Positions 1-11,803 of a DNA stretch of 64,000 bases are shown here, piece after piece. The DNA lies in NCBI RefSeq assembly GCF_003918875.1, contig NW_025765980.1, forward strand, positions 1,240,001 through 1,304,000, read 5' to 3'. A program made the position numbers and the translations under genes. Positions within the stretch are counted from its first letter, which is position 1. Each line of letters begins with the position of its first letter. The notes beneath the pieces were generated by a model. It worked only from the letters and a program-made list of their open reading frames with translations, did no database searches and was not told the origin of the DNA. Source of the stretch: Haliotis rubra. Taxonomy: Eukaryota.

Positions 1-15
1 ATATCAAAGCACAAG

Positions 16-573
16 GAGCCGCGATGCGGTCCTATACAGTCAAGACATGACCCTGCATCACGGCCGAGAACACCACCTTCATCATAAATCCTATTCAGGT
101 TCTAGTGGCCGATTACCCCTCGTATTTTCTGATCATTTTTTAAAAATATTTCCCGTGGGTTTTTGACTGAAAAGTCGATATCGATGTACTCCCAGATAAT
201 TTCCCTACACATACACGTAACTGTCATGTTTTCATAACCATATATTTAGATACTAATAGGCCTGAAACCCGTTGAGTTCTTGTTTCAACGATAGCGAGCT
301 GACATGTTGACATGTTGTGCGCATGCGCCAAATTTCTATAGTCCGTATCGGAGGACGTTCTACCTTAGCGGTACGCAATACTCACTCTCGCCTCCGTTTC
401 GCGCGCTCGTGATTTGGGTGAATCACACTTAATGTATATTATATTTATCTGCTTTTTGTCATAATTTACAGATTTTCCTTGCAGAGAGGATTCCATTCAT
501 ATCTCTACAAAAAGATATGTCCATGGGACCCAGCAGATTTATTAATGTACAACGTAGTGCACAGAAGACTTAA
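16..573. repeat. Left arm of a ~555-bp inverted repeat (partner 3457-4011)
   Basis: The reverse complement aligns with scattered substitutions from GAGCCGCGATGCGG (16 vs 4011) to the inner TTAA (570-573 vs 3457-3460). Confidence 0.92.
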
Positions 574-2799
574 CCCCCTGGAAGCAGAGGTTTATTTTCT
601 CTGAAGTTCTGAAAAATGAACGTTGAGCGAGAATTGCGTTAGTGATGCACTGCTTCTAGCTACGGCTATAACACAGATATGTAGAGTATTAAATTTCCTA
701 TCCGATGATGTAAATTTGAAGCGCAAATACACAGGCGATTTGGAAAGTAGACTTTGTTAAAGGTTGTCCGCAATTTTATTATGCGTTGAAAAGCAGTAAA
801 TGTCTCCGCTTACAACGTGATGATTTCTTTATTTGGAATCTTTAATGAATCTTTGTGCGAATAAAATACTTCGTGGTATCTGAACGACATAACAATATAT
901 GAAATTGATTTGTATGCTTATGTATAACTTTCTACGTTCAATGTGAAAAATGGCTTATTGACGAAAGTTGATTTTCCTCTGACGTCAAGCGACAACAGAG
1001 AGGACACACGCACGCACGTACGAAAGCGCACGCACACACACACACACACAAACATATACACGATGAGCCAATCTGTTTCAATACAAAAATCCACATTGTA
1101 ACCGGATACGTTTTGGTAGTATCACAAATTATAATGAATTAGGAAATCGCTCATGAGAAAGGAGGTAATAGCTAAATGGATGGTGCTATCTACCTAGAAA
1201 TTAGTTCTTAGATTCCCAAACTCTATTGATTTTGGAGATGTATTTTGACTAACGTTTCATCATTATTAACAGAGATCGAGCCTTATTTTCAAATGTAATG
1301 AAATTACTGAAAATACGACACCACATTAGTTGCATGTTGTACATATTTGGCAACCCCGGAGAAAGATAACATCTGTATGTTGTTTAGTATATATCTCACC
1401 TAATTTCCGTTCCAGGTTATCTGATGGAGATGAAGTGAGTGTGTATTGTTTTACGCCACTTTTAGCAATATTCCAGCAATATCACGGCGAGGGACACCAG
1501 AAATGGAGGGAGTGATAAATGAATTGTTTTAGTCACGATATGGCTAAAATATTGCCGGTGTGACTATAATCTCAACTCACTCGCTTTCCATTTGAATAAT
1601 GTCCTGGATAGATAAACAATTGGATAGTTTACCATGTATCTTACTGTGTACAACGCGAGCACCTGTTTCGCGAAAATCAAATGTAATATTTATGCTCGAA
1701 TATTATGCCCGGATCTGGCTTCTGATTGTTCATTATCATGTGGCTATTTTCTTCATAATTATACGAAGAAAGGTGAACTTAAAAATACCCTTTTGGTACG
1801 GAACTGTCAGAGGGATGCTTGCGATTGGTCAAAAGGAGGACATGTCATGGTTTTTTTTACGTTTTTTTGGTACAGTTCTTGCAGAAATAAAGTGAACAGT
1901 TTAATATCATGTCATGGGATTATTGGCAATATATATATAGTGATTACGTCGTGTATATTATAAGCAAGAGTCATCAGAATATGACATATCCCCCCGGCCC
2001 CCACATATTTGAAAGAACAAATCATCTGACAGTTACTTAAAGTCCAGCTTTATTTTTTTTAAGACTAAGTCCAAATCGTTTCCTTGGAAATCATGAGTAA
2101 CATAAATGGCAAAAATCTGTAAATGGCAAAAGGCACCATTTCAAAATTTGCCTAATATATCTGCCAAGTTATTTTGAAAGATACTGAATGCTTTTCAAGT
2201 TGTGCTCCGGAAATGAAGCTCACCCCTCCCCTTTTGGGACTAAGTACGAATCGTTTCCATAGAAACCGAGAAAATAATAAATCACAAAATTCTGCAAATA
2301 GCAAAAGGCACCACTTAACGTACACCTAGTGAATCATTAAACGCCTTTGTCAATAAATAGATATAATACAAATTTCATAACCAGGATAATTCCTAATAAA
2401 TATGTGTGTATATACATCTAAAAATATATTAATAACTTTCCTAAAGTGAAACATTCAGTTGTACTAATATATCCTCTAAAGTATTTTTCTTTGAGAACTT
2501 ACAGATCTTATCAAATCTATAAAAAATCTATGGAAAGAATCTCAGATTCTGTACCATTGGATAGCATATTGGAAGAACCATTCGATCCATGTAACCTCAG
2601 AACTTTATACATGGAGGGAAAAGTATGCAGATTAATCTATGCTGCAGTGTAAAGGATATTGCCTTAAAAGAAAACATAGTCAATAACAATGGCAAAATGA
2701 TATTTATACAGAAATATCGAAATATAGTTGGATGGAAAACTATTTACCGTTAAGAACAACGTATAAGACAAAGTTAAGATAATTCCAACACCATACTGT

Positions 2800-2935
2800 T
2801 CATAGAATGCTGAAACAGATAAAAACATTTTCCAATATAAAATTGTAGCATATTCTCTGTATTCTTTCTGCAATGCTGAAACTGAAAATGTCATTCATTT
2901 GTTATTTGAATGTACACAGGTAAAACTATTGAGCC
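2800..2935 (+). mobile_element. Decayed L1/Tx1-like LINE ORF2 C-terminal fragment (remnant probably spans ~2400-3200)
   Basis: Translation FQYKIVAYSLYSFCNAETENVIHLLFECTQVK resembles the C..C...ET..HLF..C zinc knuckle of non-LTR ORF2. Confidence 0.6.
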
Positions 2936-3456
2936 ACAACCTTATAAAATAGATAGAAAATAAATCCGGTACTAAACTAAATGTAGAATAGAATCACCTC
3001 ATTTTTGGATTTAAAGAAAAATGTAATGACGTCTGAATTTGATATACCTTGCAACAAACATTACGTCTACACAAAAAAATATCTCCATAATACTACCGAG
3101 CTAAAACACACCTCCTGAAATCTATATCATTCAGAAAAATATATCTCATACACAGTCTGTGAATACGACAAATTTGTGACCTTGTTTTACATAACCAGAC
3201 TATATTGTACAGCTATGTCTACCCCGCATGTTTAACAATAATTTACAATAGATTAACTTCAAACATTCATATTGTCCAGCGAAATGTAATTTATGACTGT
3301 AATAACTAATAACATTCTAATCTTAAACTAAAGTCTGCTTGGATCTTTTTTAACAACACAGAAACGAAAATTTGGAGAATACTTGAAATTCTCGGCCAGG
3401 CGTTGAACTGGAAAAATCGTGGTCCCGGAGAGTGAAAGTGACAAGATCGTGCCCCC

Positions 3457-4011
3457 TTAAGTGTCCTGTGCACTACGTTGTACATTAATAAATCTGCTGG
3501 ATCCCATGGACATATCTTTTTGTAGAGATATGAATGGAATCCTCTCTGCAAGGAAAATCTGTAAATTATGACAAAAAGCAGATAAATATAATATACATTA
3601 AGTGTGATTCACCCAAATCACGAGCGCGCGAAACGGGAGGCGAGAGAGAGTATTGCCTACCGCTAATGAAGAACGTCCTCCGATACGGACTATAGAAATT
3701 TGGCGCATGCGCACAACATGTCAACATGTCAGCTCGCTATCGTTGAAACAAGAACTCAACGGGTTTCAGGCCCATTAATATCTAAATGTATGATCACCAA
3801 AATATGACAGTTACGTGTATGTATAGGGAAATTATCTGGGAGTACATCGATATCGACTTTTCAGTCAAAAACCCACAGGAAATATATTTAAAAATCTCAA
3901 GAAAATACGAGGGGTAATCGGCCACTTGAATCTGAATAGGATTTATGAAGGTGGTGTTCTCGGCCGTGATGCAGGGTCATGTCTTGACTGTATAGGACCG
4001 CATCGCGGCTC
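3457..4011. repeat. Right arm of a ~555-bp inverted repeat (partner 16-573)
   Basis: Direct reverse-complement comparison with 16-573. Confidence 0.92.
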
Positions 4012-4363
4012 TCGGCTATAAATAATATTGCTACAGTAGACAGTTCAAGTACAGCTGCGGTGCTTCGAATTAACCACTCCCCTCCCTTACACAAAACAGG
4101 GAAAGTGAAGGCTTAAAAGTACAATAAAAGGGAATATGTATGTTTGGTTCGTGATTCAAAAGACCGATTATTATATGCATTTGTGCATTTAAACAAATAT
4201 GTGTTTCATTGACAAAGGAAGTGTATTGATCATTGTGAGTTTCCGGGAAAGTAAGGAGGGTATGGTGTCTTTGGTAGAAATTGAAACTTGTAAATAGGCT
4301 TACAATTACTCAAGGAATGTATCAATGATATAAGTTTGTCGTCATCAAATTACACAATTGACA

Positions 4364-4856
4364 CAGAGCTCCAGATAAGATTTAGCTCATGTGGGTACTG
4401 TACCCACTGTATTATTTTGGAGTGGGTATTATGAATGTTGAGTGGGTATTTCATTTTCCGTTACCCACTGCTTTCAAATATGTGCGTATTTCAGTCATTT
4501 TACTCACCTAAGTATATGTCATTGAGTAAGTTTACTAAGCAGGTATGTTCTGCCTTATGTCATACCTAATCAAAACCAACTTAAATATAATGGACATGAT
4601 TTCATAAAAAATCACTCATCCTGTACTGACAGTACAACACTTGTCCTATACTAACAGTACAACTTGATAGCAATCTATGTCTTTTTCATTACACAAGCAA
4701 TTTTTTATAAATATATTCTGTACGCATTTGTTTTAAACTTTTTGCGTATCTAACATTTTAAATGCGTAACTGGTACGCAACAATTATTTTTTCAATGCGT
4801 AATTGGAAATTTTCTCTGCGTATTTTACCCGGATACGCAGCTTATCTGGGCCTCTG
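4364..4856. mobile_element. MITE with CAGAG...CTCTG termini and 5-bp flanking duplication
   Basis: TIRs CAGAGCTCCAGATAAG / CTTATCTGGGCCTCTG, with TGACA on both sides. One end (CAGATAAGCTGCGTATC) is shared with the 35478 and 53458 elements. Confidence 0.75.
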
Positions 4857-5098
4857 TGACAATAACCATGGTCAACCATTTCCATTTACCCCATTTTGGC
4901 AAATGCATATTGTTTTGTTTTTTGTTGCTTTGGTTTGTTTCGATTGTGCTGACTGATCTGCAACTGTACAACACAGCAACACTGAATATGCCAATACATT
5001 TCTAGGCCTTCTTTTAAAATTCAACACAACAAACTTTACAAACACATCACAACAATGTATGATGTACATAGGAAATGCATGTGTAAACTGTGTTGCAG

Positions 5099-8000
5099 TT
5101 ATGCAGCAGGAGAGTGTACAAGATGGACAAGATGCACCTCCATCCGATGTTGTAAAACTGTGTGAGGAGACATTTCAAAAGACAGCAGAATATCTCAGAG
5201 GTGAATTAGAAGGTAAGTGATCTTAGCACTGATTTATTCCAACTGGAGATAATTATATATGACATATATTGAACAAGGCATATGGCACTACTTGTTTATG
5301 GTGAAATGTTTTGAACATTATTATGAGTCTTGGATTTGGTGTGAGGTATATGTCAGGCTATGTCTTTTGTTTGTTTGAAGGAACTGTGGAAGACTACAAG
5401 CTCCTGGAAAAGATGAACAAAGTTACCATCTGCAAATATTCAGAAATGAAAAACATTGCTGTCAGCATTGGCTCATCACTTACAGAGCTGAATGACAAAT
5501 GTGAGAATAACAGATTGTTTTGAACTCATTGTATATCATGGGGAAATGAGTGGATAACACAAATGACCACTCTTTGAAGAGTTATGTCCCTTACCTTTGC
5601 CAGGATCCTATGTTCATGGGTTTGTTTTGTTAGCACCATAAAATGCTCATGAGTTGCGCCAAGGTGATTAACATCTGTAACCTGAGATTACCATCCATAT
5701 TAAAAGGATTGTGCTGACATGCTCTGATATAACTCAAATAAACATGATAAAGCTCAAGATGGTGCCTGACCCAAGGCAGTGAGTCCAATGGGTTAGTATG
5801 AAGCAGAAAGGCTACACTTGTAACATGCAAACATGTCTAATACACTGGAATCAGCTGGGTACATTGTATTTGGACTCCTAAATCCTCTCAAAATTCATTT
5901 ACATGCATTGCAAACATCATTTTCTCAGAAACCACTGGACCATTGAAGCTGTAACTTCACATTCTTGTTCCCACCAATTATGAGACTGAAATATGTTCGC
6001 AAAGTGTATATCCTATATCCTGCTGCTGTGCGATATGTTTTTATATGTTTCATGTTTTCTTTGTCAGACAAAAGTCTTCAGCCCTACCTTGACCAGGTGG
6101 ATGAGATTGAGGAAAGTGTTGTGGCTCTGGAACAGGCAGCATACAACCTTGACCAGTATTCCAAGAGATTAGGTAAGTACAAGTCACACGTATATAGTTA
6201 TTTAGTTTTACTGGTTCAGTTAGATACTGCTAATTACTAGCACATTACTAGCAAAGCTCATTGGAAGGAAGAATTTTTATGGATAGACAAGTTCTTTATT
6301 GAAGAATGAGGACGAAACAGGGAATGTACTCTATCCACTTCTCCACAAAAGACACTCTGTGGAATTCAATGAACTTACACATGGGCTTTCTTGGGACTCT
6401 AATGGTGTGCATCTCATATTTTGTTTTTGTATTTTTTTTTTTTTGTAAGTTTAGAGACATTTGAACTTTGGTACATTTTGCTGAATTTCTCTATGATGAT
6501 AGTGTAATAGTGGATGAAGTCTATCCACGTCTCCACAAAAACTGCTTAACAGAATTGAATGAACTTCTACATGTCTTTCGTAGAGACTCTAAAGGTGTGC
6601 ATTTCATATTTTTGTATGCAAATTCTTAATTCTTGATGTTTCTGTCTACATATGTAGAGAATATTATCTGAGTGTCTCCTGAGAGCTAATTGATAAAAGT
6701 TGATAAACACTTTTGTCGATGAGTATTCATATAGTTGATATCAAAGAAGGAGCTTCAGTTTTTAATGTGACATTATTCTTCCAACCACAGGGGCGTGTCA
6801 GGCTTAGAAACAGCGTTAGAAAGACATATAGGTATATAGACCCTACCCTAGTACTATATAAAAGGAAAGGGATGTAACGATGGAACCACCCCCTCCTCAA
6901 TCTAAGTTAGATTTCACCACGTAAACTATTTTTAAGGCCCTGTCGAGGCCTACGGATCAAAAGAGAGGTGATTTCCCTACAAAATGAGCTATAAATGGTC
7001 ACAATCGGATCATTATTTCAAAAGTTATACGCCACGACTCACCGAAAACAGCAACCTCCGCAATTCCAAGCCAAAATCAATGATCACCCAAGACAGCGAA
7101 AACTCACCTTTTAAATTCGTTTATTAATTCCAGCCACGTTGACAGCACCTATGTAGGGCTAGATTCGATCGGCAGCGCCATTCCACGGGTCTAAAATCTT
7201 ATTGCAACATCTACCAATCATTTCTTCGACAGTAAGCAGACATGTTCTCCAAAACCATCGGCAATCATACTCACTTGTCGGCCATAGATGGCCTTGACAT
7301 TTAAGTGACATGAGCAGTAAATTGGTAAGAATAATTTTAGAAGTTAAATATTTATAAATATAATTTCCTAAAAATGAATCAATATCGAATGCATTTTTAC
7401 AACCTCTAAAACTATTCTTAACAATTTACTGTTCCGTACATCATCCAAAATATAGGATTATTGCAAAGTTCATATTTCGCGCCCATTAGCAACAGTCAAA
7501 ATCTTGCAGTATATTATATTTTCCACCAATCGGATGGCCCAATTTCGTTTCTGCGAATCTGCTCAGATCACTTGAATGTCAAGGCCATCTATGGCCGACA
7601 AGTGAGTATGATTGCCGAGGGGTTTTGGAGAAAATGTCTGCTTACTGTCGAGGAAATGATTGGTAGATGTTGCAATAAGTTTTTAGACCTGTGGAATGGC
7701 GCTGCCGATCGAATCTAGCCCTACATAGGTGCTGTCAACGTGGCTGGAATTAGTTTACGTGGTGAAATCTAACTTAGATTGAGGAGGGGGTGGACCCGTC
7801 GTTACATCCCTTTCCTTTTATATAGTACTAGGGTAGGGTCTATATACCTATATGTCTTTCTAACGCTGTTTCTTAGCGTGACACGCCCCTGTGCTTCCGA
7901 CTGTAAACAGTAAACTTAAAATAGTGAGGACCAGCATCATTTGATTGTGATGTTATGGTAACATGTGCCATTGCATTGGTCTGCCCAACATATTGTGATG

Positions 8001-8221
8001 TTATGGTAACATGTGACATTGCACTGGTCTGCCCAACATTGTGATGTTAAGGTAACATGTGACATTGTTTCTAATAAATAGATATCATGTCAAGAAGTAG
8101 TTTTTTATGTGTCTTCAGTGTTATAACCATAAGAGATTTTGTTGTCCACATTAAAGACCCATACTGAGGTTTTGTGATTTAATCTGCAGAGGAGAAGTTC
8201 AAGGCCTTGGAAAAAAGGTGA
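5099..8221 (+). CDS. BLOC1S2: Biogenesis of lysosome-related organelles complex 1 subunit 2 (spliced; 5' exon not located)
   Basis: Exons 5099-5212, 5381-5500, 6068-6172 and 8190-8221, all GT-AG and phase-consistent. Translation: [122 protein letters not shown], matching BLOC1S2 motifs (EDYKLLE.MN, LQPYLDQ, LEQAAY.LD.YSK.LE). ATG at 5101 follows a TGCAG acceptor, so an upstream exon probably exists. Confidence 0.93.
6786..7893. mobile_element. Non-autonomous DNA transposon with long TIRs and 8-bp TSD (hAT/P-like) in a BLOC1S2 intron
   Basis: CACAGGGGCGTGTCA...TGACACGCCCCTGTG. Arms 6786-7317 and 7559-7893. Flanks CTTCCAAC / CTTCCGAC. Confidence 0.88.
7944..8067. repeat. ~49-bp tandem repeat, about 2.5 copies
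   Basis: TTGTGATGTTATGGTAACATGTG.CATTGCA.TGGTCTGCCCAACA repeated. Confidence 0.8.
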
Positions 8222-10081
8222 TTAAGAGTCATCTGGAGCAGGACTGGCACTGTCTGACTGTCATGCAGTTTGGGACCATGGTACCATAGCAAGGGAGTTA
8301 ACCATGGAGATATTCTGCTTTGCTGACCACAAGATAAACATGTGATAGAGTGAATTTGTGATTTCATGACGTTGGATGTTGCTTAATGATATAAACATTT
8401 TTCTTACTTGCAAAGGGGAGAAGATATTGTGAATTCAGTAGGAGTAGTAGCTTGTGATTTGAAACTGTTAGTTGTTGCGTTGTACTGAATGAGGTGATAG
8501 AGAGAAGAAATGCTGTCAACAACTTAAATCATGTTTATATGTACATTTACTGTGTGTTTTTCATTGTAGGAACAAGGTACATTTTGTATTTCTTCATGAA
8601 TACATGAAAAGTATATATTTGTTTTCTAGAAAAACAATTTGTTTTCATCGAAGAATGATTTATCTCAACAGTGTGTCTACACTTACTAAAGCAATTCAAA
8701 CAAAGTTCTATTGAACCATTTCAATACAAGAAATTTCGAAAATTAATACTAATTTTCAGTTCAAATTCATAAACAAAGACAATCTTTATCTCAAATGAGC
8801 TATGATTTAAATGTATTGAGTTTTCATGCATAAAAAATGTTTTCTTTCTTAAAAAGTATTTGGTTCATAACTTTTCTACAGTCAACTGTCAAGCCAGAAA
8901 AACACATTAAACATGTCAAAGAAAACTATTAATATACCTTCAATTCCTGTAGGTCAAGTCAGTATGTGATGTAGTGTCTATTTTAACTGGCAAATCAATA
9001 CACAGCCTGGTTCCAGTGAAGGGGAAGTAAGTGAGTGTTGAGACAAATATTAGCCCAGCTCACAGCATACAGCGGTCAAGATGTGACAGCATATGGACTG
9101 TGACCAAGCCTTGTGGTATCTGCTCTATACATTTTGTGTTGTTGCACTAAGTTCCGAGTAGAGTAGGGTTCATTAGAATTGTGTGGCTTATCAATTGACC
9201 TGTTTTCTCACTGGTGGAAATAACTTTAATATTGCTAGTGTACTCCGGTACAGTGGCACATAATTTTTCCACTATACCGGCCTTTTTTCTTGTTGATTTT
9301 TTAAATAAACAACATAATTAACATTGGAATATCAACTGGACACCGGTACAGTGTGATATACAAATTTGCTTGCCCAACAGGAAAAAACACTGGACTCGGG
9401 CGTCGGGCAATGGGTTATTTCCACCCGTTTCTTTGGCTTATAAGAAAGAGACATACATCCCTATGAAACCGAATCATGACCATTTGAATTCACAGGTGTG
9501 TTGCATTTATTACACATGCCATATTGATGATGAATAAAATAAGTTTTGAAAAACTATTTGAATGCAAGTAAATGAGGAACTGACTGACCTAGATTAGTTC
9601 TGTTTTAGATAAAGTTATCAATATCTGTCAGGGGGTGACTTGTGCTGAAGTAGAAATATGTTAACTAAATGCTATAGAGGTATAACAAAACTGGTATGTT
9701 CCACATTGTTACAATAGTGCAATATTTTACCTTGTTCTCAGCTGAGAAATAACACAATAAACATTTAAAACAAGTCAAGTGTTTATTTCTCCACAGAAGA
9801 GATGCTGAAACTGCCAATTTGAAAACTTATAGTTACTTGCCTTTGAAACAACAAATAACATGTACTTGTATTGTGCAAGCCTCCATACACAAGGTGTTCA
9901 TTAACATTATTACTCTATTCAGTGGATCAGTGTGCATTCCATGTTCATTCTCCACTCCCTGGGGAGAATACACCCCATGCTTCCTTGTTAGGTACTGATT
10001 AATTTTCATTTACATTTCCTCCTACCGGGTACCCATTTTACTATGTACTTCAGTATGGGGCAGGGCCAAGGCTATATAATA

Positions 10082-10323
10082 AGTGAGTGAGTTTAGTTTT
10101 ACACCGCACTCAGCAATATTCCAGCTGTATGATGGCGGTCTGTAAATAACTGAGTCTGGACCAGACAATCCACTGATCAACAGCATGAGCATCAATCTAC
10201 CCAAATGGGATACGATTACATGTGTCAACCAAGTCAGCAAGCCTGACCACCTGATCCCGTTAGTCACTTTTTATGACAAGCATGGGTTACTGAAGATTAG
10301 TTCTAACCCGGATCTTCAAGGGT
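10082..10323 (-). mobile_element. SINE family A (~245 bp, (ACTC)n tail)
   Basis: Matches the copies at 11466, 20995, 29005, 29862, 41958, 49768, 54473 and 55113. Confidence 0.85.
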
Positions 10324-10528
10324 CCAAAGCTATATAAACTCTCGGGAGTCAACTGCTGTCACCCATCCAACTACCTCCTGTGACCGACATTGCTTAACTG
10401 CCTGATATGCGACCCTGAGCTGTTCACAGGACCACAGTGTAAGTGTCCAGTGTTTAGTCATACTCTGTCGCTTGTGACAAGTCATACGAGGCTTATTATT
10501 TTGGGGGATATGATGGATAATCATGACC

Positions 10529-10907
10529 CAGGGGTTCAATTGTTTTTTAAGACTTTAAGAAAGTAACTTGTCCTGACTAATTTTCCACTTGCCCTGATTT
10601 TAGGAAATAATCATGATGATGTAATTATGAAAGAATAAATCAACATTGTATTTGAAGTAAATGTTTACTGGACTATTTATTGAAAAGTGATAAATAGCAA
10701 AGAAAGATAACTCTACTTTATTATCATTGAGAAATTTAATAGCTACATTTTGAGCAGATATGAAATTAAATCAAAGTTTATTTGCAGTTTGAAACCATAA
10801 GTGGAAATTATCTAGTAGCCCACGGACAAGTAAGATACCATTATTTGATTGCCCGAAATGAATACTGACCTGTCCCGGCGTCGGGCAATGGGATTTTTGA
10901 ACCCCTG
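10529..10907. mobile_element. MITE with CAGGGGTTCAA TIRs and 5-bp TSD
   Basis: CAGGGGTTCAA...TTGAACCCCTG flanked by TGACC/TGACC. A related remnant at ~9210-9430 shares CGGCGTCGGGCAATGGG-like sequence. Confidence 0.75.
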
Positions 10908-11418
10908 TGACCACCTTACTCAGTGGAGGAATCAACTTTTATTCTTTAGTACCAGACTTGTCAGTATTTCAAATATGATAACAGTGTGTAGAAATTTGGA
11001 CCAGACAATCCAGTGACTGATATTGTTAACAACAATCTACCATCTGACATGCAGTAAGCTACCTTGCCTGACCACATGAGCCATTGGGTCACTTCTTGCA
11101 ACAGGCCGTATCGATGTTGGTGCTAGAAGCCCTTAGTTACCATTCCATATTGTTTCTCCTGCAAGTTTTTGATAGGGACAATGTTTGGCCAGATATGACA
11201 CACCTCTCCGGACCCTTTTGTTGTGTGGAGTGACTGAGTGTGTGAATTTACAATTTGCAATATTTCTGAAAAATTGTGTTGGGGGACACCAGAAATGGCC
11301 TCACGCATTGTACTCATGTTTCAAATTGAACCCGAGTCATGATGAGTGAACACTTTAACCACTAGGCTACCCCACGTTCCTTGTTATGAGGAAATACTTC
11401 CCACAATACATTTGTGTA

Positions 11419-11803
11419 TACTCAACAAAACAAATTTAAGAACCACCCCAATATTCAATATTTAGTGTGAGCGAGTGAGTTTAGTTTTACGCCACACTCA
11501 GTAATATTCCAGCTATATGGCGGTTTGTAAATAATCGAGTCTGGACCAGACAATCCAGTGATCAACAGCATGAGCATCGATCTACGCAATTGGGAACCGA
11601 TGACATGTGTCAACCAAGTCAGCAAGCCTGACCACCCGATCCCATTAGTTGCCTCTTCGATAAGCATGGGTTACTGAAGATCAATATTCTAACCCGGATC
11701 TTCACGGGTTATTCAATATTTAAGTATTATATGGATCATAATATGAACCATTAAATACTTTAATATTGAAAATTAGGGTGGTCCTGAACTTTTTTTGTTG
11801 AGT
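11419..11803. mobile_element. Tc1/mariner-type MITE interrupted by a family A SINE (11466-11709, -)
   Basis: TATACTCAACAAAA...TTTTGTTGAGTATA termini. The SINE is flanked by a 13-bp TSD TATTCAATATTTA (11452-11464 / 11710-11722). Confidence 0.75.

Noticed and set aside
4198-4250. Candidate BLOC1S2 coding exon 1 (ATG 4198 to A|GTAAGG)
   Set aside because: Phase-compatible, but the peptide has no resemblance to BLOC1S2 N-termini and there is no independent support.
10022-11667. Recurring [18 protein letters not shown] ORFs (also 29687, 54475, 55071)
   Set aside because: Translations of SINE family A copies, not a gene family.
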